The notes: generated by a model from the sequence alone, not told the origin. A stretch of DNA of 26,168 nt from a virus (IMGVR_UViG_3300016467_000186:1-26168), one strand, 5' to 3'; shown: positions 7,827 through 16,693, numbered from the stretch's first letter. Numbers and translations are program-made.

Positions 7827-10744
7827 TAGACTACAACCTTCCCGTAACCGCGCGCGACATAATCAAAAGTCCTAGAAACCGCTGTTCCCGCCGAATTCCT
7901 GAATACAATATCAAAACCCGTCGTTGATTTCGAACTTATTGAATAATAATCGCCTGTTCCCATATTTTGAGCCGAAATTCCGATCCCTTCGAGAGCCTTA
8001 TAAGCCGGAGAGAATGTGACCGTATAAGTTCCCGCGCCTGAAACAATATCCTCGCCGGATATTACACGATCCGGCATATCGACGCTAACCGAAAGATTAG
8101 TGATAGATGGGGATGCATTCCCGTTCGATGATGTCAGATAGGCCCTGAATTTGAAGGCTCTGGCGCTATAATCGCCGACAAGGAAATTCTGCCAAGATGA
8201 CCATGTAGGAGAACCCGCCGGATCGCCATCGGTCGTCGCAACTTGGAGCGCAACTGAAGTATCATCGAATGCCGTTGCCGAGCCGTCGAAATTACCAGAG
8301 CGGTCATCAAAAAGACCCGTCGCTGAGTCAAAAAGATCAGTGTAATCGATGCGGATATTGTTCAGGCTTGCCGTCACTCGACTCGTATATTTCTCGGTCA
8401 GATCGATATAATTGGCGAATTCATAATATCCGGCAGTCGCAATCGTTCCGCTCCCTGCATCGAATAATCCACCCGCATCGTCAAAATTACCGGAAGTTGA
8501 ATCAAACAGTCCTGCCGTATCCAACTGAATCCAAGTTGATATACCGTCAGTCGTTTTCACAACCGAAGTCTTTGTTCCGGTAAATGCCGGATTTTCTGTA
8601 ACCGTCGCTACGACATTCAGATCATTCACATTAGAGATATTTGTCAGAAGAACGATCTCTGCGGCATTAGCCGAAACATAATTCAGCTTGTCAACTGCCT
8701 TGACGAAATAGGTTCCCTGCTTGGATGGAACGATAACCGAGTTCGCCGGACGAGCAACCTTATCAACCAGATCAATCGCATTTTGATAGGTTGCGCTTGA
8801 TGTCGAAGCTGAATAGCGAACCTTATAATGCGAAAGATCAAGATCAGCGATTGGAGTCCATTGCAGAATAGCACTTCCACCGATTGAGTTAATCGATAAA
8901 CCAGTTACATCCGATGGCGGAGCCGTCTTACCGATTACCTGATAAGCTAATGTCTGATAATCAGATTTCACACCGAGGAATGTAACCGCCCTCGACCGAA
9001 TATCATAATAAACACCATCCTCAACCTTCAGGATTTCATATTTTCCGCTCGTTGATTTATTTGCTTCCGTATAAACAGAATCGCTCTGCTTCTTATAGGA
9101 AACCTCATAATCAGTCACAAAAGGATTTGCGCTTGAAACATTGACAAGCAAGACAGTCACAACGTCTTGATTCACTGCTCTTAATTCATCAGATGCCGTG
9201 ATTTGCGGAACATCTACAGATGAATAATTAGGAAGTGATGTATTATCGCGCTCGATTGCCGTTTCTTCTGCATTCCAATCAAAAACAGACGATGAGATTT
9301 CCCTGAGTGTCAGATCAACACCAAATACAGGAGCGTCATTTGTTCCTTCGATTGCAAAGTTAAAGTTGATGACTTCGAACGGTTTGGAACTGAATCCATA
9401 TCGAGTATTGGTTACCATTATCGTATCGCCGACCTCGATTTGAAACGCAGTCATTTTGCATTTCAGTTCAAGTGTCATTTGCTGACGATGACGATAAAGC
9501 GCAATTTTAGCCAATCTCTGCGCCATTGGAGAAGAAATTGTAAATGGCAGAGTCAGATCAAATGACGATTCAATATTATAATCATCCGCGATGAATGTGG
9601 TTGATTTGATCGCCGGAAAATCAGTCGCTTGCCATCCATCATCAGGCGAAACAAAAACACCTTTTACGATATTGAAGTTATCTCTCTTGGAATGCCGAGT
9701 GACAAGATTGATCGGAGCGCGAAGATCATTGTCTGTCAGAGTGACTGTCGGTGTATTATATGCCGAGGCATTCATGTTCCATTTGCCGCCGGAATAGAAA
9801 ATCATCCCGCCGCATGATGTCAGCAAATCTTCTAATGCTGATTTAGGAGTGCGATCACTCATAATCACGCCATGACATTCATAGCGCTTTTCTGTTCCAC
9901 CAGCCGCCAATGCTACATTCTCATCGCAGATATTAGCCGCCGCATTGAATGTAGTTGTATTGATTTCTGATAAAGTCGCACCAAAACCAAAAGTTGAATC
10001 TCTTAAATAATCAAGGATGCATAATGCAGGATTAGCTGAATATCCGGTTGTTGCTGTGCGAGGATCATAAACCTTCTTGCCTCTTACGATCGCCTTAATC
10101 GTCGGACGACCATTCGGAAAAGCATCCTGATTAAATGCTAATCGCGCATAAATATAAGCGACACCTGTCAACTTATGATTTGTCGTCCATAATCCCGCTG
10201 ATTCAGCAATAAGATCAGGATCGGCAGATTGTGTTGTTGTTCCAAGATATGTCTTGATTCTTGCTTTACCCGCATATTGAGCAGGAGCCGTTACATTACC
10301 TGAGCCATCGAGCGTCAATTCATCATCGTTAAAATAAATCGCATCAAATCCCGCAACTTCATGCCCTGCAACAGGAATAATCATGTGCAGATAATTGTTA
10401 TGATTTGTCGTCTCGGCATAAACAATCGGACCCGCAGTCATCACGCGACCATAGATAATTTGTCGAGCCGCCAATGAATCCGTAAAGTTTTCTTCCCTAG
10501 ATGTTATCCCTTTATATTCTGGAACAGATGGCTGATCTTGTTGAGATAAAAAATAAGATGCCGCAGTAAGTCCTGCTGTAATAACAACTCGACCCAAAGT
10601 AGAAACTGCAAAAGCCGCAAAAGCATCAAATCCCAATGCCGCCGCAGTAGCAGAAATCAGCGTAACCGGATCAGCCTTTGCAGGTTCTGAAATCGTCAGG
10701 CCGACAAGGAATGTCGATGCGAGGAGGAATTTCCTGATCTTCAT
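7826..10744 (-). CDS. Central tail tip protein (TipJ-like) with FN3 domains (start re-called at 10744)
   Basis: IIYGRV, VRGKKVYDPR, NPALCILDYL, AQRLAKIAL, FN3-like YDIRSRAV and PPSDVTGL; ATG overlaps upstream TGA (ATGA, 10741-10744). Confidence 0.9.
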   Translation of the reverse strand: MKIRKFLLASTFLVGLTISEPAKADPVTLISATAAALGFDAFAAFAVSTLGRVVITAGLTAASYFLSQQDQPSVPEYKGITSREENFTDSLAARQIIYGRVMTAGPIVYAETTNHNNYLHMIIPVAGHEVAGFDAIYFNDDELTLDGSGNVTAPAQYAGKARIKTYLGTTTQSADPDLIAESAGLWTTNHKLTGVAYIYARLAFNQDAFPNGRPTIKAIVRGKKVYDPRTATTGYSANPALCILDYLRDSTFGFGATLSEINTTTFNAAANICDENVALAAGGTEKRYECHGVIMSDRTPKSALEDLLTSCGGMIFYSGGKWNMNASAYNTPTVTLTDNDLRAPINLVTRHSKRDNFNIVKGVFVSPDDGWQATDFPAIKSTTFIADDYNIESSFDLTLPFTISSPMAQRLAKIALYRHRQQMTLELKCKMTAFQIEVGDTIMVTNTRYGFSSKPFEVINFNFAIEGTNDAPVFGVDLTLREISSSVFDWNAEETAIERDNTSLPNYSSVDVPQITASDELRAVNQDVVTVLLVNVSSANPFVTDYEVSYKKQSDSVYTEANKSTSGKYEILKVEDGVYYDIRSRAVTFLGVKSDYQTLAYQVIGKTAPPSDVTGLSINSIGGSAILQWTPIADLDLSHYKVRYSASTSSATYQNAIDLVDKVARPANSVIVPSKQGTYFVKAVDKLNYVSANAAEIVLLTNISNVNDLNVVATVTENPAFTGTKTSVVKTTDGISTWIQLDTAGLFDSTSGNFDDAGGLFDAGSGTIATAGYYEFANYIDLTEKYTSRVTASLNNIRIDYTDLFDSATGLFDDRSGNFDGSATAFDDTSVALQVATTDGDPAGSPTWSSWQNFLVGDYSARAFKFRAYLTSSNGNASPSITNLSVSVDMPDRVISGEDIVSGAGTYTVTFSPAYKALEGIGISAQNMGTGDYYSISSKSTTGFDIVFRNSAGTAVSRTFDYVARGYGKVVV

Positions 10745-11196
10745 ACCCGCCACCCGAATTCAGCCTTTTCAATAGAATCGAATTGCAAAGATGCCTCTCC
10801 GACGAGCGCGATCTTTGTTCCCAAACATACCCCAATCGACCCGCCAACTCCATCAACATTCACTGAAAGCGCCGAATTATGGAACACCAGATCGCCCCTT
10901 GAGAGCAGTCGTTTATCCTTCCGATCAAGGAACTGATCGACCGCCGCCGCGAGATCGAGCGTCTTACAGAATTTTTTCAATCCCTTTTGAGCAGATTTCA
11001 AATCATCGTAATCAAACGGTGGGAAAAGATTGATTCCATATTGAGCCTGAAAAGCGCCATCAGCAAAGCGAACGCAATCGAATGAACCCCATGCAAACGC
11101 CTTTTCTCGGCAGGAGCCGATATAAGCATCGAGAGCCGATTCCCAATTCGGAACTTTATTCCCGACCCCAGATAATTTGTTTGGTTTGGAGATCAT
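10741..11196 (-). CDS. NlpC/P60-like tail tip assembly protein (DUF6950-like)
   Basis: FAWGSFDCVRFA motif with candidate catalytic Cys, RGDLV; gpK-like position. Start uncertain. Confidence 0.7.
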   Translation of the reverse strand: MISKPNKLSGVGNKVPNWESALDAYIGSCREKAFAWGSFDCVRFADGAFQAQYGINLFPPFDYDDLKSAQKGLKKFCKTLDLAAAVDQFLDRKDKRLLSRGDLVFHNSALSVNVDGVGGSIGVCLGTKIALVGEASLQFDSIEKAEFGWRV

Positions 11197-11704
11197 TGAC
11201 GAAATCAAAGCCTTTGTCTGTAGGATAAACTCTTTTTTGATCCTCTGATGTATATCGCCAGATTCGAGGCCGTTCGAGATCGATCAGCCGAGATTCCACC
11301 GAAACACCAATCGTCAGCGTCTCGCCAGTGTCGTTGATCGACATCTGATCGATTAGGCCCGAGAATACCTGAACCGCATCAGAAACCATGCCTGACAGCG
11401 AGAAATATATATTCGCCGTCCGATTTTGATATTTCTCAGTCAAGGCAATCGAAAGAGCCTGAGGATTGATGCCGGAGAGCGAGATCGTAATTCCTTTAGC
11501 CGCGATATCAGTCGTATCTTCCATTGAGGAGATCGCCAGAAGCGTTCCCGCTCCCGTATAAGAGAACCCGTTATAAGTGATATTCCCCAGACCTGACCAA
11601 AGCCGAACAGCACCGGAATCGAACTTCAACTCGACAAGCACGATCGGCTGAATCGCCGCGCCTTGAAGCGCACTTGCAAATCCTGCCGCCAGACTGCGTG
11701 TCAT
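11156..11704 (-). CDS. Minor tail/hub protein (gpL-like position)
   Basis: VRLWSGLG..YTGAG, ESRLIDLERP..RYT.EDQ...YPTDKGFDFV..LQ..IIWG; between Dit and peptidase. Confidence 0.8.
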   Translation of the reverse strand: MTRSLAAGFASALQGAAIQPIVLVELKFDSGAVRLWSGLGNITYNGFSYTGAGTLLAISSMEDTTDIAAKGITISLSGINPQALSIALTEKYQNRTANIYFSLSGMVSDAVQVFSGLIDQMSINDTGETLTIGVSVESRLIDLERPRIWRYTSEDQKRVYPTDKGFDFVNDLQTKQIIWGRE

Positions 11705-12330
11705 AGTGCTTCCACCGCTGAGAAATTGATTCCGTAAACCGAGGCATTATCGATCGAGAACGAAGCATCGGAACTGGATAGACGGAATAATCCCTTCGCA
11801 CTCGCAACAACGACAGCCGCATTATCAGCCGGAGATGATCTGAGCGAAGGCCAGATATCGAGCGAAACCTGACCGCTTCCGTTCGAATTTGCGTCAGCCA
11901 GAACTTTATAAAGTTGAGACCCTGATCCGGTTCCCAACTGGATATAATCCCCTGCCTTCAGATATCCTGTCGCGCTATTCGGAGCGCCATCGATGTTCAG
12001 CGTCGATCCTGTCTGAGACCCACCATTCACAAGCGGAGTTCCTGCGGCTGTCGATGCCGAACCTCTCGCAGTCGCACCCATCGGATCGCCAAGCAAAAAC
12101 GTCCCATACGCACCATTGAGCGAGATCAGGAAGGCAATCCATTCCTCAGCCGAGGCTCGTTTCATTGGCGGAAGCGTTACCGAGGCTTCCCATCGTGATC
12201 CTTGGTGTTGCATCACCTGAGTCGTCAACGTGAACGGAGAAGTTGCAACTGCGACGGAGTTTCGAGCCGTGATAACGATATTCGCAATTCCAGTAATCGT
12301 CGGGAGCGAGAGAGGATAAGTGATCGCCAT
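11701..12330 (-). CDS. Distal tail protein (Dit-like)
   Basis: MAITYPLSLP, SPFT...WEASVTLPPM, LKAGDYIQ, IWPSLR; immediately after tape measure. Confidence 0.75.
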   Translation of the reverse strand: MAITYPLSLPTITGIANIVITARNSVAVATSPFTLTTQVMQHQGSRWEASVTLPPMKRASAEEWIAFLISLNGAYGTFLLGDPMGATARGSASTAAGTPLVNGGSQTGSTLNIDGAPNSATGYLKAGDYIQLGTGSGSQLYKVLADANSNGSGQVSLDIWPSLRSSPADNAAVVVASAKGLFRLSSSDASFSIDNASVYGINFSAVEAL

Positions 12331-12332
12331 AA

Positions 12333-14177
12333 TTAGCCCCCGAAGGCATTGGCGAATGAACCGCCACGCCGCTTTGCATCGATGACAGCCGCCTTTGCCG
12401 CATTTGAAATCTGAGGAAGAAGGCTCTGAATTTCAGCGCGAACCGTTTGCTGAACGCCTGTCGAGACATTGATCGTTTGATAGACATTCACGCCGCCGCC
12501 ACTACCTGACATCGATGTATCAGGAATGATCGAACCGGATCGATTTGGCATGAACAATTCAGGACCGTTTTCACCGACCAGATATGGCGAACCAGAAGAA
12601 ACAGAGCCGCCGACAGCGCGAGTGACGATCGGAGGCAATGGAACAGAACCGCCGCCGCCCCCCAATCCAAACATCGAGAGGATATTAAATCCGCCGCCAC
12701 CACCGCCGCCGAAGAACCCGCTCATCATTTGTCTAAATGCAATTCGCGCCATATCTGAGATAATAGAATCAGCAAGAGATTTGAAATCTAACTTTCCGGT
12801 TTTCACGAAGTTCACAAAAGCATCTTCCATGCTTGAAAAAGCATTTGTAAATGCTGAGTTTATTGCACCAGAAACATCGGTAGCCGCTCGACGGAATGTT
12901 TCCATTCCACCTTCAAAACCACCGGATGCGATAGCAAGATCACCATTAAGTTTGAATAATGCCTTGCTATATTCTTGCTGATTCAAAGCACCTTGTTGGA
13001 ATAGGCGATTCAATTCTTCAATATCTTTTCTGATCTGATATGTCGGATCGCCAAGAGCGCGATATTTATCAACAAGACCCGCAGTTGCCGCTCCATTTTC
13101 TTTAATTACATTCGTATTTTTTGAAACAAGAATTGAAAGAGCGTCTGTCGATTGAGACACTCCATTAAATACGTCCTGAGTTTCTTTGAAAATTGTGTTC
13201 AAGTCTTTTTGTTGAGCAAGTCGTTCAGATAGAATCTTATTAACATTCGGAAAATCAAAACTAGTTGCCGCTTTCGTCGCTTCAACAAAAGCACCGATAT
13301 CTCTTGCGACCTCAATAAATGCAGAACCAATAAGATAAACAGCCGCAACAACGCCTCTAAATCCGGCTGATAATCCTTCAGCGATCGGTTTTAGACCTGA
13401 AAATGTTCTATTGAATTCTTGCGTATTATTATTGGCTGTTCCAATTTGTTGAGTAAATGTCATCAATGACGGAACAATTCCTGTCATCAAACGATTCATA
13501 AAACCATCTGCCGCAAGCGACAAGATTTCCATTTGATCGTTGAATTGAGCCGCAGATTCAGCCGATTGACCACTAAATGTTAAACCGAGAGCATCAGCTT
13601 GAGATTGAAGTTCTCTTATTCCTTGCGAACCGAGATTTAAGATCGGAATTAAATCAGCACCTGATTTTCCGAATATTGCCTGAGCAACTGCCGCCTTCCG
13701 AGCGCCATCGCCATAACTTGAAATTCGATCAGCAATTTCTAGAAAAAGATCACTGGTCGGTTTTAATTGACCATTTGTATCACGAAGATCGATGCCAATT
13801 CGCTTGAAATCATAAGCGAGACCGGATTTTGCATTTGAAGATGCTTCATCAACTGCTCTTGAAAATTTAATCAATCCTTTTTCAAGACTATCAAATTCAA
13901 CATTTGCAAGTTTTGCCGCATAAGAAAGACCAGAAATAAATTCTACAGATGCGCCAATTTTCTGAGCCGCATTTGCAAAATCTTCCGCTCGATCAGTTGC
14001 GTTTTTAATACCTTGAATAAATTGACCCGCACCAAAGGCAACGCTGATGGAGGCAAGAGCCATCTTAGCCTTTGCCGTAAAGTTACCCATCTTTGTGAGA
14101 TTGTTATTTATAGAATTGAAAGCCGCCATCGTTTTATCGACAGCGGTCAATTCAATTTTTAATTGCTCACTTGCCAT
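12333..14177 (-). CDS. Tail tape measure protein, 614 aa
   Basis: Ala-rich helical; IFGKSGADLIPILN, FVKTGKLDFKSLADSIISD, RAVGGSV...YLVGENGPELF typical of lambda-like TMPs. Confidence 0.93.
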   Translation of the reverse strand: MASEQLKIELTAVDKTMAAFNSINNNLTKMGNFTAKAKMALASISVAFGAGQFIQGIKNATDRAEDFANAAQKIGASVEFISGLSYAAKLANVEFDSLEKGLIKFSRAVDEASSNAKSGLAYDFKRIGIDLRDTNGQLKPTSDLFLEIADRISSYGDGARKAAVAQAIFGKSGADLIPILNLGSQGIRELQSQADALGLTFSGQSAESAAQFNDQMEILSLAADGFMNRLMTGIVPSLMTFTQQIGTANNNTQEFNRTFSGLKPIAEGLSAGFRGVVAAVYLIGSAFIEVARDIGAFVEATKAATSFDFPNVNKILSERLAQQKDLNTIFKETQDVFNGVSQSTDALSILVSKNTNVIKENGAATAGLVDKYRALGDPTYQIRKDIEELNRLFQQGALNQQEYSKALFKLNGDLAIASGGFEGGMETFRRAATDVSGAINSAFTNAFSSMEDAFVNFVKTGKLDFKSLADSIISDMARIAFRQMMSGFFGGGGGGGFNILSMFGLGGGGGSVPLPPIVTRAVGGSVSSGSPYLVGENGPELFMPNRSGSIIPDTSMSGSGGGVNVYQTINVSTGVQQTVRAEIQSLLPQISNAAKAAVIDAKRRGGSFANAFGG

Positions 14178-14325
14178 TCTTCATCCGCTCCGCGACAATG
14201 TTCAAATAAGCAATCCAACCTATAAATTCTTCAACCGATAGATCATTGATCTCCTCGATTGTCTTACCTAAACGATCCGCGAGTGCATAGCGAGAATAAG
14301 CATCGGGATCGTCTCTTAGTTTTTT
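14167..14325 (-). CDS. gpT-like -1 frameshift extension of tail assembly chaperone
   Basis: Slippery A-AAA-AAC (14325-14319) before TAA; -1 frame gives LRDDPDAYSRYALADRLGKTIEEINDLSVEEFIGWIAYLNIVAERMKNGK*, overlapping TMP start. Not in ORF track. Confidence 0.85.
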   Translation of the reverse strand, partial: KKLRDDPDAYSRYALADRLGKTIEEINDLSVEEFIGWIAYLNIVAERMKNGK

Positions 14326-14651
14326 ATTGTATCTTCCACCGTTGCCGTTGCGATCATCTGATTTGCTATCCGAACGATCACATCAGGATCGACAGAATTC
14401 AGCAAATCCCGCTTGTGTTCGAGTGTGAAAATCGGATCGCCTTTTTGATCTTTTGCTTTCAAGATAAGACAATCAACAAGAACCTTAAGAGATGACTCTT
14501 GAGAACCTTTGAAAATCTTATCTTTCTCGGCGAGAGTGAAAGGAGTGGAATAAATAAGAAAAGGACTTCCTTCTTCACCCCACTCTGGAACTTCGATCAC
14601 ATTTACATTTTGATTCTTGAAGTGCGATTTAGCTTTTTCAATTATGTGCAT
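14316..14651 (-). CDS. Tail assembly chaperone (gpG-like)
   Basis: IEVPEWG motif; position between tube and TMP; ends in slippery site. Confidence 0.85.
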   Translation of the reverse strand: MHIIEKAKSHFKNQNVNVIEVPEWGEEGSPFLIYSTPFTLAEKDKIFKGSQESSLKVLVDCLILKAKDQKGDPIFTLEHKRDLLNSVDPDVIVRIANQMIATATVEDTIKN

Positions 14652-14665
14652 TTATTGAGTCCTAA

Positions 14666-15058
14666 TTATGCGGCAGTCGAAGATGACAATGTGCCTGTGC
14701 CTTGGAATGCGAATGTTGCTTCGACCATGCCATCAAATGAAGCTGTCCGTTCGATCGAAGTCACAATCACCGAACCGCTGTAATATGTATCGCCAGTTGA
14801 TGCACCTTCAGGATAAAGGTTGAGCGTGACCGTCGAGCCAGATGTCAAAGCACCTTGACCTGTCGTGTCTGTCTCATCCCAATAGCAAGTCACCTGACCA
14901 GAAAAGGCCGAGAGAACTGATTTGAATGAGCGCCATGAATCGCCCATCGTCGTGTCCTCGATCGTGTCGGCTGTATTTGTCAGCGTCCAAGAACGAACTT
15001 CTGCGATCGTATTTGTAGAAATCTTAACTACGCCTTCCGAACCTGTATGATTTGCCAT
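14666..15058 (-). CDS. Major tail tube protein
   Basis: AGGAG SD; IAEVRSW, DTIEDTTMGDSWRSF, FQGTGTL; 130 aa. Confidence 0.88.
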   Translation of the reverse strand: MANHTGSEGVVKISTNTIAEVRSWTLTNTADTIEDTTMGDSWRSFKSVLSAFSGQVTCYWDETDTTGQGALTSGSTVTLNLYPEGASTGDTYYSGSVIVTSIERTASFDGMVEATFAFQGTGTLSSSTAA

Positions 15059-15069
15059 TTCAAAACTCC

Positions 15070-15513
15070 TTAAGCTGGCGACTCTGATTCTGTCTCAGTC
15101 GTTCGATAAGTGACTTGAAACGTCATTTTAATCGAGCCGACAGGGGTTTCACCTTCTGCATTATAGTCGATAACCGTTCCCGTCAAAACCGTGTCTTTTG
15201 CCAAGGAGTTACAGGTCGGATCGGCTAGAACCGCTTCTTCGACATCCCGCGCAATGGCATCGAGCGTATCATCTAAGCCGGATGTTCCTTTTGCCATGCC
15301 TTCGAGCGTGAAGTTTACTCGACGCATAATCCGCCGAGGCCGTGTCATCGTATCAGGATCGCTCTCCTCGCTCAGAGTATAAACCAGAAGGAGAGGCTGA
15401 TTGATCGATGCGATCGGATAGAACCGTGTCTGATAAACCCGCGTCGAAGTCGTGGTCAGATTCGAAACATTTGAAACGATCCGATCCCTGATCTGTTTGC
15501 GAAGATGCGACAT
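15070..15513 (-). CDS. Tail terminator/completion protein (gpU-like)
   Basis: MSHLRKQIRD, RVYQTR.YP, LDDTLDAIARDVEEAV; upstream of tube. Confidence 0.75.
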   Translation of the reverse strand: MSHLRKQIRDRIVSNVSNLTTTSTRVYQTRFYPIASINQPLLLVYTLSEESDPDTMTRPRRIMRRVNFTLEGMAKGTSGLDDTLDAIARDVEEAVLADPTCNSLAKDTVLTGTVIDYNAEGETPVGSIKMTFQVTYRTTETESESPA

Positions 15514-15828
15514 TTATTGCTTCTCCAAGACCAGAGTCGTCATTCCAGTGCCATCCGGCTGAATAATCCGAACCTTGTAAGTGACGGATGAAATAACAAC
15601 CGTATCGCCATAATCAGCGCCGGAAGGCAAAGTCGAAGTCTGAACCAAGAACCGAGGCTGTGCCGAAGCATAGGCAACATTGCCCTGCGGATCAGCCTCA
15701 AAGAACTCGTTGTCAAAAATGCCAATAATCGAAGAACTACTACCCGCGACGAGCGTATAGGTTGCCGTTGTCCCGAAATCTGAGACGTTCAGCATATAGG
15801 ATCGATCGGAAGCAGATTCGACAGCCAT
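15514..15828 (-). CDS. Head-tail joining/closure protein (gpFII-like)
   Basis: DFGTTATY, GIFDNEF, IQPDGTGMTTLVLE. Confidence 0.78.
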   Translation of the reverse strand: MAVESASDRSYMLNVSDFGTTATYTLVAGSSSSIIGIFDNEFFEADPQGNVAYASAQPRFLVQTSTLPSGADYGDTVVISSVTYKVRIIQPDGTGMTTLVLEKQ

Positions 15829-15837
15829 CGGTCAGCC

Positions 15838-16065
15838 TTATTTCTTAGCAAAGCGACCCTTGCGGGTTGTGAATTCAGGAGCCTCTGGAGCCTCTTGAAG
15901 TCCGATCGAACGATCCTCGACCGGAGCCGCCGGAGCCTCGATGAACTTCTTCGCCCGACCCATAGCGACAAGATTCTCAGCTTCCCGCGAAGGAAGATCG
16001 CGCACCGTCCCAATATCAGCAAAATCGCCGCTAACGAATGTCGCCTGTGTAAATTCGATTTTCAT
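15838..16065 (-). CDS. Small hypothetical head-associated protein, 75 aa
   Basis: GDFADIGTVRDL...A..LVAMGRA with basic C-terminus, a type commonly found just after capsid genes. Confidence 0.72.
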   Translation of the reverse strand: MKIEFTQATFVSGDFADIGTVRDLPSREAENLVAMGRAKKFIEAPAAPVEDRSIGLQEAPEAPEFTTRKGRFAKK

Positions 16066-16570
16066 CCCACTTTTCCTTCATTGGTCCCGATAGAAATTTT
16101 GCTCTCTCAGGATGTTGAATCGTGATTTGAACTTTTTCCCAAACCCTCAAATCTCTTTGCCAAACGTTCGATTTGTGATTTTCATCCGGTTGATCGTGCC
16201 AATATCGCCGACCAGATTGATAACTATCAAAACCGCATAGCAGAATTTCACTATATCCCAAATAATCCGCAATCCATAGAGCCTTCGCGCCGCTCAATCC
16301 GTAGTCAGGACAGATGCCCGACCAGATATGCCGAGAGTCCTTGATTCGATGATGGGAAGTTTTGAGGCTTGGATGGTCTTTCAATAGTTCCCACATTGGC
16401 TCATCGGAAAAAACGATTAGATCGAGCGGAAGCAAAAGCGAGTGCTGATTTATGCCGATCAGGTCGATTTCTGCCGGAAGATTGTAAAGATCAGCAGGAA
16501 GCGAAGGACCGCCGCCAAGAATTGCCGCTTTTCTGCCTGTTTTGATCGATTTGAACTGATTTAGTTCCAT
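16031..16570 (-). CDS. Sialyltransferase/Maf (DUF115, MptE-like)-fold protein, putative glycosyltransferase
   Basis: AAILGGGPSL, LIGIN, SGAKALWIADYLGYSEILLCGFD match the Rossmann motifs shared by GT42/GT29/DUF115. Start 16570 or 16582. Confidence 0.65.
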   Translation of the reverse strand: MELNQFKSIKTGRKAAILGGGPSLPADLYNLPAEIDLIGINQHSLLLPLDLIVFSDEPMWELLKDHPSLKTSHHRIKDSRHIWSGICPDYGLSGAKALWIADYLGYSEILLCGFDSYQSGRRYWHDQPDENHKSNVWQRDLRVWEKVQITIQHPERAKFLSGPMKEKWDENRIYTGDIR

Positions 16571-16593
16571 TTTATGTTGCATCGCACACAAAA

Positions 16594-16640
16594 ATAATTC
16601 TAAAAACTTGAAAATAGTTGTTTCAAATAATTAGAATTAT
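16594..16640. promoter_or_regulatory. 47-bp dyad containing mirror-image sigma70-like promoters on both strands
   Basis: ATAATTCTAA-AAAC-TTGAAA-ATAGTTG-TTTCAA-ATAA-TTAGAATTAT. Plus: TTGAAA 16608-13, 18 bp, TAGAAT 16632-37. Minus: TTGAAA 16626-21, 18 bp, TAGAAT 16602-597. Confidence 0.7.
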
Positions 16641-16664
16641 GGTAGATTGTTTTTATCAACAAAG

Positions 16665-16676
16665 GCGCTTCGGCGC
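16665..16676 (+). other. 5'-leader hairpin with cUUCGg tetraloop
   Basis: GCGC-TTCG-GCGC in an AT-rich leader, 6 nt before the GGAG SD. Confidence 0.6.
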
Positions 16677-16693
16677 AAACACGGAGAACCAAA

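Noticed and set aside
12526-12981. 151-aa Pro-rich plus-strand ORF and the other antisense or alternate-frame ORFs in the track (e.g. 18237-18671, 20326-20766, 21831-22322)
   Set aside because: Shadows of well-supported minus-strand genes; poly-Pro is the antisense of poly-Gly codons; no recognisable motifs.
15878-15940. Short GGAGCC(TC) direct repeats
   Set aside because: Explained by Glu-Ala-Pro repeats in the coding sequence.
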